Positions 49,989 to 60,235 of a stretch of 64,000 bases of DNA are shown here, piece after piece. Position 1 is the stretch's first letter; each line of letters begins with the position of its first letter. Origin of the DNA: Candidatus Moraniibacteriota bacterium (GTDB lineage Bacteria > Patescibacteriota > Minisyncoccia > Moranbacterales > UBA1568); the NCBI GenBank assembly GCA_052035095.1, contig JBPOHW010000002.1, positions 11,405-75,404 on the forward strand. The letters are read 5' to 3'. Under the pieces are notes generated by a model, which searched no databases, had not been told where the DNA came from, and saw only the letters and a program-made list of their open reading frames with translations. The translations under genes were made by a program, and so were the position numbers.

Positions 49989-51686
49989 TTATAAAGAGAC
50001 GATCTGTTTCACGAGTTCCTCAACATCAAACGGTTCACCCGTATATTTCAAAATTCGCTTTGAAACCTTCGCACCGTGTTTCTCCAAAAGATTCGCGAAT
50101 TGCCCCGCATAATTATTTTCCACAACAACAATATTCCGCGCGCCCTCAAACCACGATTCAATTCCCACGGGAAACGGATAAACTTGCTTAAAGTGAAGAT
50201 AGGCGATATCTTTTCGTCCGGACTTTTCGAGCGCCTCGGCGATCGCGCCGTGAGTCGAGCCCCAGCCAACCAACACCGTCTCCGCTTTCTCGGCGCCGAG
50301 ACGAACGGGCGGGAGCGCATCAGTTGCCAGTCCCTCAAGTTTCTTCATCCGTTTGTCCATCATCCGGACACGCGTATCGAGATCCTCGGTCAGGTGTCCA
50401 TCTTCGGTATGTTCGTCGCTGTCGGAAACGACGAGTCCTTCGCCATATCCCGGCACACCACGCGGCGAGATGCCGTTCTCGGCGTATTCATAGCGGCGAT
50501 AGTCTTTGGTTGTTTCGATGATGCCTCGTACTTCCGGAAGTATGGTAAAGGCGTCATTTGAAACTGTCGCCACCGTATCGAGAAAGTACTGATCCGAGAG
50601 AAGGAAAACCGGCGACTGCCACTTCTCCGCCATATTGAATGCCCGTTGCGTGACTTCCAGCACCTCTTCGTGGTCCCCTGGCGCGAATATCGCCCGCGGA
50701 AATTCTCCGTGTCCCGAATAGAGCGCGAGCTCCAGATCGCCCTGCTCGGTCCGCGTCGGGAGCCCTGTCGCGGGACCCGGCCTCTCCGCGATGTGAATCA
50801 CAATCGGCAGTTCCATCATTCCCGAGAGACTCACGCCTTCACACATGAGCGCGAAGCCGCCACCGGAGGTCGTAACGAGTGGACGCGCGCCGGCAAAGCT
50901 CGCGCCGAGCCCCATATTGATCGACGCGATTTCATCTTCCGCCTGTTCGACCGCGATACCGAACCGCTCGGATTCTTTGGCGAGAAACTGGAGGACACCG
51001 GTCGACGGCGACATCGGGTACGAGGCAATAAAGTTACATCCGCCGGCAACCGCTCCCATCGCGATCGCCTCCGTCCCATCAATCATCGCCTCGCCCTTGA
51101 CCGATTCTTGTTTCGAGAGTTTGATTTCAAGATTTTCGGCATAGGCGAGATGCTCACCGATTTTGTATCCCTGCCGTCCCGCCTCAATATTTCCCTCGAT
51201 GATTTTGTCCCCCTTCGCCGCAAAACGCTTCCGGAGAAAGTCTTCGAGTCCGGAAATATCCGCTCCGAGAATACCGAGAACCACGCCCGCCGCGACCGTA
51301 TTCTCAAAGAGCGAATTTCCAAGTTCGGTCGCAATTGAGGAAATCGGCGCGTGTATTATCTTGTAGTCCATGCCACTTACCACAATCCGTTCGTCGGCAA
51401 TAATAATCGTCTCGGAAGAAATGCGAGGCTTCAAATGCTCAAACGCCGCTTTGCCAAACGGAAAACAAATATCCATCGCACGCACATACGCACGAGGTTT
51501 CTTGGACGCGACGCGGATCTCGGTCGAGTTGGAGCCTCCTCGCACCCGCGACATATATTCCTTGGACGCAAACACGGCATACCCCTCACTCTTCAATACC
51601 GAGAGGAGTATCCCCTCCACCGTCTGTACCCCCTTCCCCGCCGCCCCCCCAAGGACAATCGAGATTTCATCGCGAACACTTTTCAT
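49989..51686 (-). CDS. 2-oxoacid:ferredoxin oxidoreductase alpha subunit
   Basis: SRVRGG, YPMSPST, QAEDEIA, TSGGGF, RPGPATGLPT. Confidence 0.94.
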   Translation of the reverse strand: MKSVRDEISIVLGGAAGKGVQTVEGILLSVLKSEGYAVFASKEYMSRVRGGSNSTEIRVASKKPRAYVRAMDICFPFGKAAFEHLKPRISSETIIIADERIVVSGMDYKIIHAPISSIATELGNSLFENTVAAGVVLGILGADISGLEDFLRKRFAAKGDKIIEGNIEAGRQGYKIGEHLAYAENLEIKLSKQESVKGEAMIDGTEAIAMGAVAGGCNFIASYPMSPSTGVLQFLAKESERFGIAVEQAEDEIASINMGLGASFAGARPLVTTSGGGFALMCEGVSLSGMMELPIVIHIAERPGPATGLPTRTEQGDLELALYSGHGEFPRAIFAPGDHEEVLEVTQRAFNMAEKWQSPVFLLSDQYFLDTVATVSNDAFTILPEVRGIIETTKDYRRYEYAENGISPRGVPGYGEGLVVSDSDEHTEDGHLTEDLDTRVRMMDKRMKKLEGLATDALPPVRLGAEKAETVLVGWGSTHGAIAEALEKSGRKDIAYLHFKQVYPFPVGIESWFEGARNIVVVENNYAGQFANLLEKHGAKVSKRILKYTGEPFDVEELVKQIVSL

Positions 51687-51851
51687 ATTTTTTTCAAAAT
51701 TTCACTTCCCTAGTATATCACAAAAACAAAATGACCTCGACATACCGAGGCCATTGTTTTACGGAACGGATATCAATAGTCCATTTGTAATTTTCACAGA
51801 GAAACCCTACACAAAGAAAGGAGGTAATAAGCCCACCTTCATGCAAGAGCT

Positions 51852-52469
51852 TTAATCCGCAATGCAGATACAGATTGAATTGCCAGAAAATTCTCCAGAT
51901 AATCCGCAAAGGGAGTTACTATCTTGTGCGGCGCTACAGAGAGCGCTCGCCGCCGGTCCTGCAACACAGCCAACGCCCCATCTCTCGGATATAGTTGTGC
52001 CACTCATTCGGCACCCCCCCGTTATCCCGCTACCACCGCCCGCCGCCACTGCCACCTGTACCGCACGCGTCGTATTGCCGTAGGAACCGACTGACTTGAT
52101 AGACCAGACATCAGCTACATCATCATTGCATCGCAATGGACTTCCATCTTCACCCTGAAAGGTGATCCGATATCCACCACCGAGAAAGCCGGAGGGGACA
52201 TCTATTGCCGCTTCTTGCCCGCCGGGGCAATTGCCAATCATACCACTCAGTTTATCTTCCATTGTATCTCTCAACATCTTCACCGCAATCTGTGATCCCG
52301 AATCGGCGATTTGGAAAGCGCTTGAGGATTGATCATTTGAAGAGACGGAACGGAAGTTAGTGATGGAAGCAGAGAACATCCCGATCGACGCGACGAGCAC
52401 GATGCCGAGCAAGATGAGCGTATACGCGAGAATGGATCCTTGGGAGAGGGAGCGAAATACCTGCTTCAT
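51852..52469 (-). CDS. PilX-like minor pilin
   Basis: QGSILAYTLI class III signal, AFQIADSG, SVGSYGNTTRAVQV; Cys-rich tail. Confidence 0.75.
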   Translation of the reverse strand: MKQVFRSLSQGSILAYTLILLGIVLVASIGMFSASITNFRSVSSNDQSSSAFQIADSGSQIAVKMLRDTMEDKLSGMIGNCPGGQEAAIDVPSGFLGGGYRITFQGEDGSPLRCNDDVADVWSIKSVGSYGNTTRAVQVAVAAGGGSGITGGCRMSGTTISERWGVGCVAGPAASALCSAAQDSNSLCGLSGEFSGNSICICIAD

Positions 52470-52527
52470 ACGTTTGTGTTTTATGAATAAAAATCTCTAC
52501 GAACTTGTAAGCAGTATACCATACAAT

Positions 52528-52734
52528 TTATCGGTCGACTATCTTTTTCACTTCGTCGAAGCGATTTTCGATTTCACCGAGGCGCTTCCGACTCGCCGAA
52601 AGGAGCAGGGCGGCTTCTTCCACCTTTTTGAGTCCCTCCTCGAGCTTCGGTTCGTTTTGTTCTTCGAACCACGCGGCTATTCCCTCGAGCTTTTTCAATG
52701 CTTCATCGATATTCATCGTATTTGCTTTCTTCAT
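52528..52734 (-). CDS. xseB: Exodeoxyribonuclease VII small subunit
   Basis: ALKKLEGI, LEEGL, adjacent to xseA. Confidence 0.85.
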   Translation of the reverse strand: MKKANTMNIDEALKKLEGIAAWFEEQNEPKLEEGLKKVEEAALLLSASRKRLGEIENRFDEVKKIVDR

Positions 52735-53996
52735 ATCGTTTTTTTCAAAGATGAATATATACCTATCGCTCTCGCCGAAATATGCCCGTCGACAAGCACG
52801 CCTTCCAGCATATCCCCTTCGACAATATCCGACACGCCCCGAACGACACGTTTGTTTTTGAGGAGCACGCTGTACCCGCGAGCGAGGAGTCGCGTCGGAC
52901 TCCTCGAGTCAATCATCGACGCGATCGCTGCTATCCTTCGACGCGTCGATACCGGATCAAATGATCGAAAGATCGTCCGAGACAAGTGGGTCGCTCGCAG
53001 ATGACCCTGCTCGCACCAGCCAAGAAACTTCGACTGCAATCGGATGACGAGCTGTTCGAACGCGCGAAGGGCGGTGAGGCGCTCTTCCTTTGCCAACCGA
53101 ATCGCTTCCGAACCGGCACGGAGCCGTTCCTCGGCGTCAAAGAGCGCGTTCCGAAAGTGTTCAAGTATCGTCCGTTCATTTGCAAGAATTCGCTCCCGCG
53201 CGCCCTCCCACGAGACTCCCAGTCTTTCCGCAACCGCAGTCGGCGTGGAAACCATACTATCGGCGGCGAGCGCCGAGAGAGAAACATCCTTCTCGTGCCC
53301 GATGCCGGCAAGCGTCGGAATCTTCGACGCGGCAATTGCGCGAACGAGCGCTTCGCTATTAAACGCTTCGAGACTCTCAAGGCTTCCGCCGCCACGAATG
53401 ATGACCAATACATCCCACTCCTTTGGACGAGCATTGAAATATCGAATGCCCGCAAGAAGCTCGGCGACGGCGCGCTTCCCCTCAACCTGCGCGTCAAAGA
53501 GTGTCACCGAAAACCCGTGCCGACCGATATTCGTCATAAAGTCCCCGATCGCCGCGCCCTCCCTCGAAGTAATGAGTGCAATCCGTCGGGGAAAAGAAGG
53601 AAGTGGTCGCTTCCGTTCGAGCGAGAACATTCCCTCGTGCTCGAGCTTCTGCGAGAGTTCGTCATAAGCCTTCTTGAGCGCACCCTCGCCCGCGAGACGA
53701 ACGACCGACACGCGAAACGACAATCGCCCGCGCGGCCTCCAGACATTGGGCGACCCTTCGACAATCACTTCCTGCCCGTTTTCGAGTCGAATGCCTTGCC
53801 GAAAAGAATCACTTCGAAAGATAAGACACGAGAGCATTCCTTCTTCCTCGGTATCTTTGAGGGAAAAATACGTCACGCCGCGCCGTTCCTCGACGCCCGA
53901 CACCTCACCCAGAATCGCGACATGCATACCGGCAAAGCTCTCATTAAGTATATCGAGAAACGCCCCGACTCGAAGAGGCTCGTTTTCTGTTTCCAT
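52731..53996 (-). CDS. xseA: Exodeoxyribonuclease VII large subunit
   Basis: GEVS, YFSLKD, IIRGGGSLE, GIGHEKD, TPTA, LARGYS. Confidence 0.95.
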   Translation of the reverse strand: METENEPLRVGAFLDILNESFAGMHVAILGEVSGVEERRGVTYFSLKDTEEEGMLSCLIFRSDSFRQGIRLENGQEVIVEGSPNVWRPRGRLSFRVSVVRLAGEGALKKAYDELSQKLEHEGMFSLERKRPLPSFPRRIALITSREGAAIGDFMTNIGRHGFSVTLFDAQVEGKRAVAELLAGIRYFNARPKEWDVLVIIRGGGSLESLEAFNSEALVRAIAASKIPTLAGIGHEKDVSLSALAADSMVSTPTAVAERLGVSWEGARERILANERTILEHFRNALFDAEERLRAGSEAIRLAKEERLTALRAFEQLVIRLQSKFLGWCEQGHLRATHLSRTIFRSFDPVSTRRRIAAIASMIDSRSPTRLLARGYSVLLKNKRVVRGVSDIVEGDMLEGVLVDGHISARAIGIYSSLKKTI

Positions 53997-54030
53997 ATCA
54001 AGGAATCGAGATAATCAAGAAAATCATGGT

Positions 54031-55290
54031 CTACTTCAACTGGCTAACTACTTCCGGATGAACGATGAGAAGATATCCGAGAAGGATCATAAGCATGCCG
54101 CCAACCAACGCCGACCAGCGGGAATATTTTTCGGTCAGATGAAGCTTTTCAAAACCCCAGAGCGCGAGCGCGAACACGAGCATATCGTCAAACATATAGA
54201 ACAGAATATATATCGCCATCAACCCCTCTGTCGAAAGCCACCCAAGGTCATTCAGTTCGATAATCTTCGTAAACGCCTGCGGAATCCCGATCGAACAGGC
54301 GAACTCAATCACATTCACGGTAAAGGCAAGTCCGATTACTCCAAGCGCCGCGAGCCATGTAAATTCTCCCGAAACAAACGCCTTGATCCTCTGAAGAATC
54401 TTCGAGCGACGTTCCACATCAACAATGCGGCAAGCCATCTCCGTGCCAAGCGACGTGTACCACTCGTACAAAAAGAAGAGTCCGCCGCCAATCGCGACCA
54501 TACCGACAATCGGCGTCACGATTCGATCGAGTCCGACGAAATCCCAGGTCGTAAACCAGACATTCAAAATGAGATAGTACATCACGGCTTCCGCGACAAG
54601 GAAGAGTCCCGCCACTTGAAGCAATCGTTTTCGCGACTTGGTCTGAGAGAGTATCAAGAGAAATGTCACGAGCACCCACATAGCGCACGGGTTGAACCCG
54701 TCAATAAACCCGAGCACAACGGCGAGCGTCGGCAAAGAATACTCCGAAACATCCACCATCTTCTCGGTAAAAGGGAGTCGAAATACCGCCTTCTCTGACG
54801 AAGGAAGCGGACACACCCCTCCATCTTCACAGGTCGCGCCGGCGATACGTTCCGTCCTTGATCCGGCATCTGCCGTTCCCGAGAGGTACTGTTCGAATGT
54901 CACCGACTTCTTACCGCGACTCGCCTCAAGAAGCGCCTCAAAGCGCTTTCCGGTCGTCTCCGGCGCGTCAAATCCCTGTATAATGCTCCCGCCCACAATG
55001 GTAATCGGCGTCGCTTTCGCAAGCCCTTCTCTCGCCGTTATTCTCTTGAAAATATCTTGCCCTTCCGCCGTATCGATATCAAAAAAACGAACGGACACAT
55101 CGCTTCGCCTCCGGAGCATATCCGAAAGAAACGCGCGCTCCGTTTGACAGTGTCCGCAATCTTTCCGCTCGAGCACCTCGATGATATGCAGATCTTCGGC
55201 AAAAGCCACGTCCCCGAAAAAAGTCGCCGAAAAAATCCCGAGAGCCGCCACCATCAATAAGCTCCATCGTAATGCGAGTACCCCTTTCAT
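54031..55290 (-). CDS. Glutaredoxin-like + CcdA-like membrane redox protein
   Basis: CGHC; DGFNPCAMWVL and IEFACS TM cysteines. Confidence 0.82.
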   Translation of the reverse strand: MKGVLALRWSLLMVAALGIFSATFFGDVAFAEDLHIIEVLERKDCGHCQTERAFLSDMLRRRSDVSVRFFDIDTAEGQDIFKRITAREGLAKATPITIVGGSIIQGFDAPETTGKRFEALLEASRGKKSVTFEQYLSGTADAGSRTERIAGATCEDGGVCPLPSSEKAVFRLPFTEKMVDVSEYSLPTLAVVLGFIDGFNPCAMWVLVTFLLILSQTKSRKRLLQVAGLFLVAEAVMYYLILNVWFTTWDFVGLDRIVTPIVGMVAIGGGLFFLYEWYTSLGTEMACRIVDVERRSKILQRIKAFVSGEFTWLAALGVIGLAFTVNVIEFACSIGIPQAFTKIIELNDLGWLSTEGLMAIYILFYMFDDMLVFALALWGFEKLHLTEKYSRWSALVGGMLMILLGYLLIVHPEVVSQLK

Positions 55291-55300
55291 AGAAAATCAT

Positions 55301-55831
55301 TTACATTCCCCGAATAAAAAGCGCGAGGAGCAATCCCGAGAATATGAGAATCGCGAGAATGAGGAAAATTTTCAGCCCATATTTCTCAATCCATCCTTCC
55401 CATTGCGTCCGGTCAAGAAAAATGGGATCCGCGCCCCACGAATGGTTGCGGCTTTTCTTTTTGGTAAGCGCGGTAATGAGGTCGATCACGTTCTTCGGCG
55501 CCGAGAAACCCCGCACAAAGAACCCGTCCACCCCAAACTCAACCGCCCTTTTTCGGTCTTCCGGACGATCATTGTGACTGTTTACGATAAATGCCGGCTG
55601 GGGAAGATCACTCTCGCGAATATCCGTAATGAGCGAAAACCCGTCCGATCCGGGTAAATCGATACCGGTAAACACCACCTTCGGAAGATACTTTTTGAAC
55701 TTCACAAGCGCGTCATTACCGTCCGCCGACTCGATAATCGAGAAGCCGGCGAGACTCAACAAATCGCGGTACACTTCCCGCGTCGACTGATCATCATCCA
55801 CGATAAGCACTTGTGTGTCTATTTTTTTCAT
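55301..55831 (-). CDS. Atypical receiver-domain protein with C-terminal TM helix
   Basis: VLIVDDD, DGNDAL, VFTGIDLP, hydrophobic tail. Confidence 0.8.
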   Translation of the reverse strand: MKKIDTQVLIVDDDQSTREVYRDLLSLAGFSIIESADGNDALVKFKKYLPKVVFTGIDLPGSDGFSLITDIRESDLPQPAFIVNSHNDRPEDRKRAVEFGVDGFFVRGFSAPKNVIDLITALTKKKSRNHSWGADPIFLDRTQWEGWIEKYGLKIFLILAILIFSGLLLALFIRGM

Positions 55832-55931
55832 ACGACGAGACAATAGTTATGGAATCCCCGCTTCAGTATACCACCGCCAAAAAAAGAAGAAAGGGTGGTA
55901 TAATGAACTGTAGCCGTTTCATTGAAAGACT

Positions 55932-57239
55932 ATGTCCGAACCCATCATCGCTATCAGTCGTCTCCGCGTCATCTACAATCAGGGAAAGTCAAATGAAGTG
56001 CGCGCGCTCGAGGAAACCAACCTGGATATTTATCCGGAAGAGTATGTCATCATATACGGTCCCTCCGGATGCGGAAAATCAACGCTTCTCTATTCGATCG
56101 CCGGACTCCAACGGCCGACATATGGCGATGTCGCCGTCAAGAAAAAACCCCTTTCCAAAATGACACGACGCGAAGAAGTCGAGTTTCACCAAACCTGGAT
56201 CGGAATGATCTTCCAGGCCTTTTATCTCATTCCCTCGCTCAATATCGTTGAGAATGTCTGCCTCCCCAAAACGTTTCGCGGTGAAAACGTCACAAGTCGC
56301 CGCAAGGACGGCATCAAACTCCTGCGGCGCTTCGGCATCGCCGAACAAATGGACAAATTCCCGAGCGAGCTCTCCGGCGGACAAAAACAACGCGTCGCGA
56401 TCGCCCGATCGCTCGTCAACAATCCCGATATTATTCTCGCGGACGAACCCGTGGGAAACCTCGACAGCGAATCCGCCCAAAACGTGCTCGATATTTTGAA
56501 GGAGCTCAATGAAGTCGACCGGAAAACCGTTATCATGGTGACGCACAATGCCGAGCACCTCCCCTACGCCGACCGCATCATCTATATGAAGGATGGTCGC
56601 ATCGAGCGGGAAGTTGTCCAAAAAGACAAACGGAAGATAGAGCCGAAAAAGCCGGACGCGGAAATCGTCGAGGACAACCTCCCGCCGGAACTCAAGATGC
56701 TGATGGGTTCCTTCCGCTCTCTCTCGTCGCAACAAATGAACGTCCTCCTCATACCGTTCAAGGCCAAGCAACTTATGGCGCACGTTCTTTCCAATCTCAC
56801 GGAGGAGCAACTCTCCATGGCGGAAAGTTTCCTCAAAGAATACCTCTTCAACAATATCGATCGCGAACAATTCTCCGGAAAACTCGATATGGATCCGGAA
56901 AAGGGCGGTGGCGGCTGGAACAAAAAGCAGGCGAGAAACTTCACCGCGAGGATCGATGCGCTCGTCGCGCAGTCAAAAATCGTCTCGGGCAATCCCGATC
57001 GAGCGCATATCGCGCTCGCCGAATATTTGTCGGAACAATTCGGCGTCAAACTTTCCGGTGTCGCCCTCGACCGCTTCCGCGCCTGCCTCAAACTCCGCAT
57101 CGAAAATCGCATCAATCGCGCCGAACTCGAGAAGCGCCTCGACGTGCCAAAAACTCTCGGTGGCGTCGGCCTCTACAGCAATACCGCCGATCGCATCGTC
57201 CGCGAAGTCGAAGTTATCATGCTCCTCAAATACTCGTGA
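55932..57239 (+). CDS. MacB/LolD-type ABC ATPase with long C-terminal extension
   Basis: GPSGCGKST, LSGGQKQR, ADEPVGNLD, VTH. Confidence 0.92.
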   Translation: MSEPIIAISRLRVIYNQGKSNEVRALEETNLDIYPEEYVIIYGPSGCGKSTLLYSIAGLQRPTYGDVAVKKKPLSKMTRREEVEFHQTWIGMIFQAFYLIPSLNIVENVCLPKTFRGENVTSRRKDGIKLLRRFGIAEQMDKFPSELSGGQKQRVAIARSLVNNPDIILADEPVGNLDSESAQNVLDILKELNEVDRKTVIMVTHNAEHLPYADRIIYMKDGRIEREVVQKDKRKIEPKKPDAEIVEDNLPPELKMLMGSFRSLSSQQMNVLLIPFKAKQLMAHVLSNLTEEQLSMAESFLKEYLFNNIDREQFSGKLDMDPEKGGGGWNKKQARNFTARIDALVAQSKIVSGNPDRAHIALAEYLSEQFGVKLSGVALDRFRACLKLRIENRINRAELEKRLDVPKTLGGVGLYSNTADRIVREVEVIMLLKYS

Positions 57240-57249
57240 AAAAAGCGCC

Positions 57250-57405
57250 AAATTCAAAATTACAAGTTCCAAATAAATTTTTAAATTCCAATTTTCAAAA
57301 CAAAGTGAAAAAATCTCGCTTACAACATTGTGATTTGGCGCTTACCTGCCTTGCCGGTAGGCAGGTTTGGAACTTGTAATTTTGAATTTTGAATTTTTGA
57401 ATTTT
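57250..57405. repeat. AT-rich inverted-repeat module with nested CCTGCC/GGCAGG hairpin
   Basis: Perfect 24-bp IR 57250-73/57366-89; ACCTGCC-N9-GGCAGGT at 57344-66. Confidence 0.85.
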
Positions 57406-57406
57406 T

Positions 57407-58591
57407 ATGCATTTCACCGATATCTTGAAACTCGCGCTTCGGATGTTTCGCGCCCGTACCATGCGGACACTCCTTACCATTCTCGGTATGTCGATCGGCA
57501 TCGCCGCCATTTTGTTCCTCGTCTCCTTGGGATACGGTCTCCAGCAAACGCTCCTCCAGAGAATCACCACCTCCGACGCTTTGGCGACGCTCGACATTAC
57601 CGAAGATCGCGGAAAAGGCGCGCTTATCGACTCCGCGTCTATGGAAACCATCCGCAATATCCCCGGCGTCACGGCGACCATTCCGGCCGTCCGCGTAAGA
57701 GGACAGGGGAAATTCGAAGCGATCACGCTCGACCTCGACACACTCGGTTCATCGGCAACCTTCCTCAAACTCGAAAATATGAAGGTCATCGCCGGCACAC
57801 TCCTCTCCACTGAGACAAAATCCATCGTCATCACCTCCGGCATCGCGAAGACCTTCGGGAGAACTCCCGAGGCGATGATCGGGCAAGAATTCGCACTCAC
57901 ACTTTTCCTCCCCATCGAAGGAAAAGAAGGTCAGACGGAAGCGAAGGGACCCGAAATCTTCCGCGTCGTCGGCGTCACTGAAAGCGATGAAAACGTCGCG
58001 TCTTTCGCGCTCGACGACTTCCCGGGCGCCAATACCGGACGGTTCCAGGCGCTCAAAGTCAAAGCGGAAACCGCCGAACGGACGACGCCGCTGCGCGATG
58101 AAATCTTGAAACTCGGCTTCGCCGTCTCCTCCATTTCCGATACCATCAGCCAGGCCAACAAAGTCTTTCGCGCCGTACAAATCATCCTGATGATTTTCGG
58201 TCTGGTCGCCCTCGTCGTTTCGGCAATCGGTATGTTCAACACGATGACGATCGCCCTCCTTGAGCGCACCGAGGAAATCGGCATTATGAAGTCGATCGGC
58301 GCCTCGCGTATGAGTATCTCGCTCATGTTCATCGTCGAAGCAACCATGATGGGATTTCTCGGAAGCTTGGTCGGGGTCGTCTTGGGATGGCTCGGCGGTG
58401 AAATTTCCAATTATCTCCTAAACCTCATCGCGACTCGCTTCGGCGGCACGAGCGTCGATCTCTTCTCCATTCCCGCCTGGTTCATCGCGCTCATCATCGC
58501 CTTCGGATCTACCGTCGGCCTCTTCACCGGCCTCTTCCCCGCCCGCCAAGCAAGTCGCATCGACCCCTTGGATGCCTTGAGATACAAGTAG
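57407..58591 (+). CDS. MacB/FtsX-family ABC permease
   Basis: RTLLTILG, GMFNTM..ERTEEIGIMKSIGA, PARQASRIDPLDALRY. Confidence 0.93.
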   Translation: MHFTDILKLALRMFRARTMRTLLTILGMSIGIAAILFLVSLGYGLQQTLLQRITTSDALATLDITEDRGKGALIDSASMETIRNIPGVTATIPAVRVRGQGKFEAITLDLDTLGSSATFLKLENMKVIAGTLLSTETKSIVITSGIAKTFGRTPEAMIGQEFALTLFLPIEGKEGQTEAKGPEIFRVVGVTESDENVASFALDDFPGANTGRFQALKVKAETAERTTPLRDEILKLGFAVSSISDTISQANKVFRAVQIILMIFGLVALVVSAIGMFNTMTIALLERTEEIGIMKSIGASRMSISLMFIVEATMMGFLGSLVGVVLGWLGGEISNYLLNLIATRFGGTSVDLFSIPAWFIALIIAFGSTVGLFTGLFPARQASRIDPLDALRYK

Positions 58592-58694
58592 GGCGATTCT
58601 GTGTAATCGCCCAGTATCCGTATCCGTATACAAAAACGGATACGGAAAATAGGGAAAACAAAAAACAAGGGCGATTACACAGAATCGCCCCTAC
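58588..58694. repeat. GTAG-type REP doublet (REPIN-like)
   Basis: GTAGGGCGATTCTGTGTAATCGCCC and inverted GGGCGATTACACAGAATCGCCCCTAC. Confidence 0.85.
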
Positions 58695-59943
58695 GCAAAA
58701 TTTCTTCTATCACCCTTCGGTCGTTCCACGGAATTCTTGTGTCGCCAATCGCCATCGTTTCTTCGGCGCCTTTGCCGGAAACGACGACGATATCGCCGGG
58801 CATCGCGAGGCGAAGCGCTTTCGCGATCGCTTTCCGTCGATCCATAATGGTAAAGAGATTTTCGCGCGGCGTTTTATTGACGATGCCTTTTTTGATTTCC
58901 CGTACGATCCGATCGGGATTTTCGGTATACGGATCCTCATTGGTGAGGATAATTGTGTCGACGAAGGACGAAACGATTTCACCCATAATCGGTCGCTTCC
59001 CTCGATCGCGATCACCGCACGCGCCAAAAACAGCGATGATCTTTGATTCCGTGTTCGGTCGCATTTTTGAAACCAAGCCATAGAGCTGTTCAAGCGCGTT
59101 CGGCGTCACCGCATAGTCGATGAGGATGGTAATACCTCGATCGTTGGTCACGCGCTCCATCCGCCCCGGGACGCTCTTGATTTTTTCAAGCGCACGCGAA
59201 GCAATTTCAAATGAAATATTGAAAGGAACGACCGCTGCAAGTGCCGCAAGCGCGTTTTCGATATTGAAAAGTCCGGGAAGCGCGAGGTGAAATTTCGTTT
59301 CACCGACATGGAAAGTGGAACCGTCAAGCGTTGCCTCGACCCCCTCCGCGAGCACGTCTGCCGACGTATCGAGACGACTATAGGTGATTTTCTTGGGGGG
59401 CGGCGTCTTGAGAAATTCGCCCGGGTCTTCCATATCAAGGTTCACCACGCCGACCCGCGCGTTCCGAAACAGCCGTCGCTTCGCCTCGCGATAGTCTTTC
59501 ATCGTTGTGTGATAATCGAGATGTTCGCGCGTCACATTGGTAATGACCGCCACTTCGAAGGGAACGCCAAAAACCCGCCCCTGATCGAGCGCGTGCGATG
59601 AGACTTCGAGGATGGCAACTTCGCATCCTTCGCGAACCGCCTCTCGCAAAAATTGCTGTACCTTCCATCCCGAAAGCGTCGTGTACTTCGACGAATTCAC
59701 CCACTCGCGCTCATTGATGCGAAAATTGATCGTCGAAGCAACCGCCGCTCTTTTCCCCGCCTCGCAAAGAATGGCCGCGATGCATTGTACCGTCGTCGTC
59801 TTCCCGTCCGTCCCCGTCACGCCAATAATGCGGAGCTTCCTCCCCGGAAATCCGAACACAATACCCGCCAAGACGGACACAAAACGATGGTAGCCATTCT
59901 TGAGAAATTGCGGGACACATTGCCTAAAAAGAGTCGGTATCAT
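58675..59943 (-). CDS. murE: UDP-MurNAc-tripeptide synthetase
   Basis: GVTGTDGKTT, LEVSSHAL, TNVTREHLDYH, PGRME, FGACGDRD.GKR. Confidence 0.93.
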   Translation of the reverse strand: MIPTLFRQCVPQFLKNGYHRFVSVLAGIVFGFPGRKLRIIGVTGTDGKTTTVQCIAAILCEAGKRAAVASTINFRINEREWVNSSKYTTLSGWKVQQFLREAVREGCEVAILEVSSHALDQGRVFGVPFEVAVITNVTREHLDYHTTMKDYREAKRRLFRNARVGVVNLDMEDPGEFLKTPPPKKITYSRLDTSADVLAEGVEATLDGSTFHVGETKFHLALPGLFNIENALAALAAVVPFNISFEIASRALEKIKSVPGRMERVTNDRGITILIDYAVTPNALEQLYGLVSKMRPNTESKIIAVFGACGDRDRGKRPIMGEIVSSFVDTIILTNEDPYTENPDRIVREIKKGIVNKTPRENLFTIMDRRKAIAKALRLAMPGDIVVVSGKGAEETMAIGDTRIPWNDRRVIEEILRRGDSV

Positions 59944-60235
59944 ACTTGAAAGTATAGCACAATTCAGCCACAAATTCCCTCCCCTTGACAAAGTCTGAAA
60001 ATGTGCTAGCTTCAGATTAGAAATGGACGGCAGTGAAGTTTGACATGGAATAGAGTTGTTCTTTTAACCCCCGAGGTTCGTGTGCGCACACGCAACCGAA
60101 GGAGACTCCGATGAAGGAGAAATGTGATGGTCACCTAAAAACCCCCAAGGCTTCGACTCTGTCGAAGCCTCAATTATTTTCAGTAAAAATCACCCGAATT
60201 TCTCGAGTGATTTTTATTTTTTCGAAAAAAGTAAG

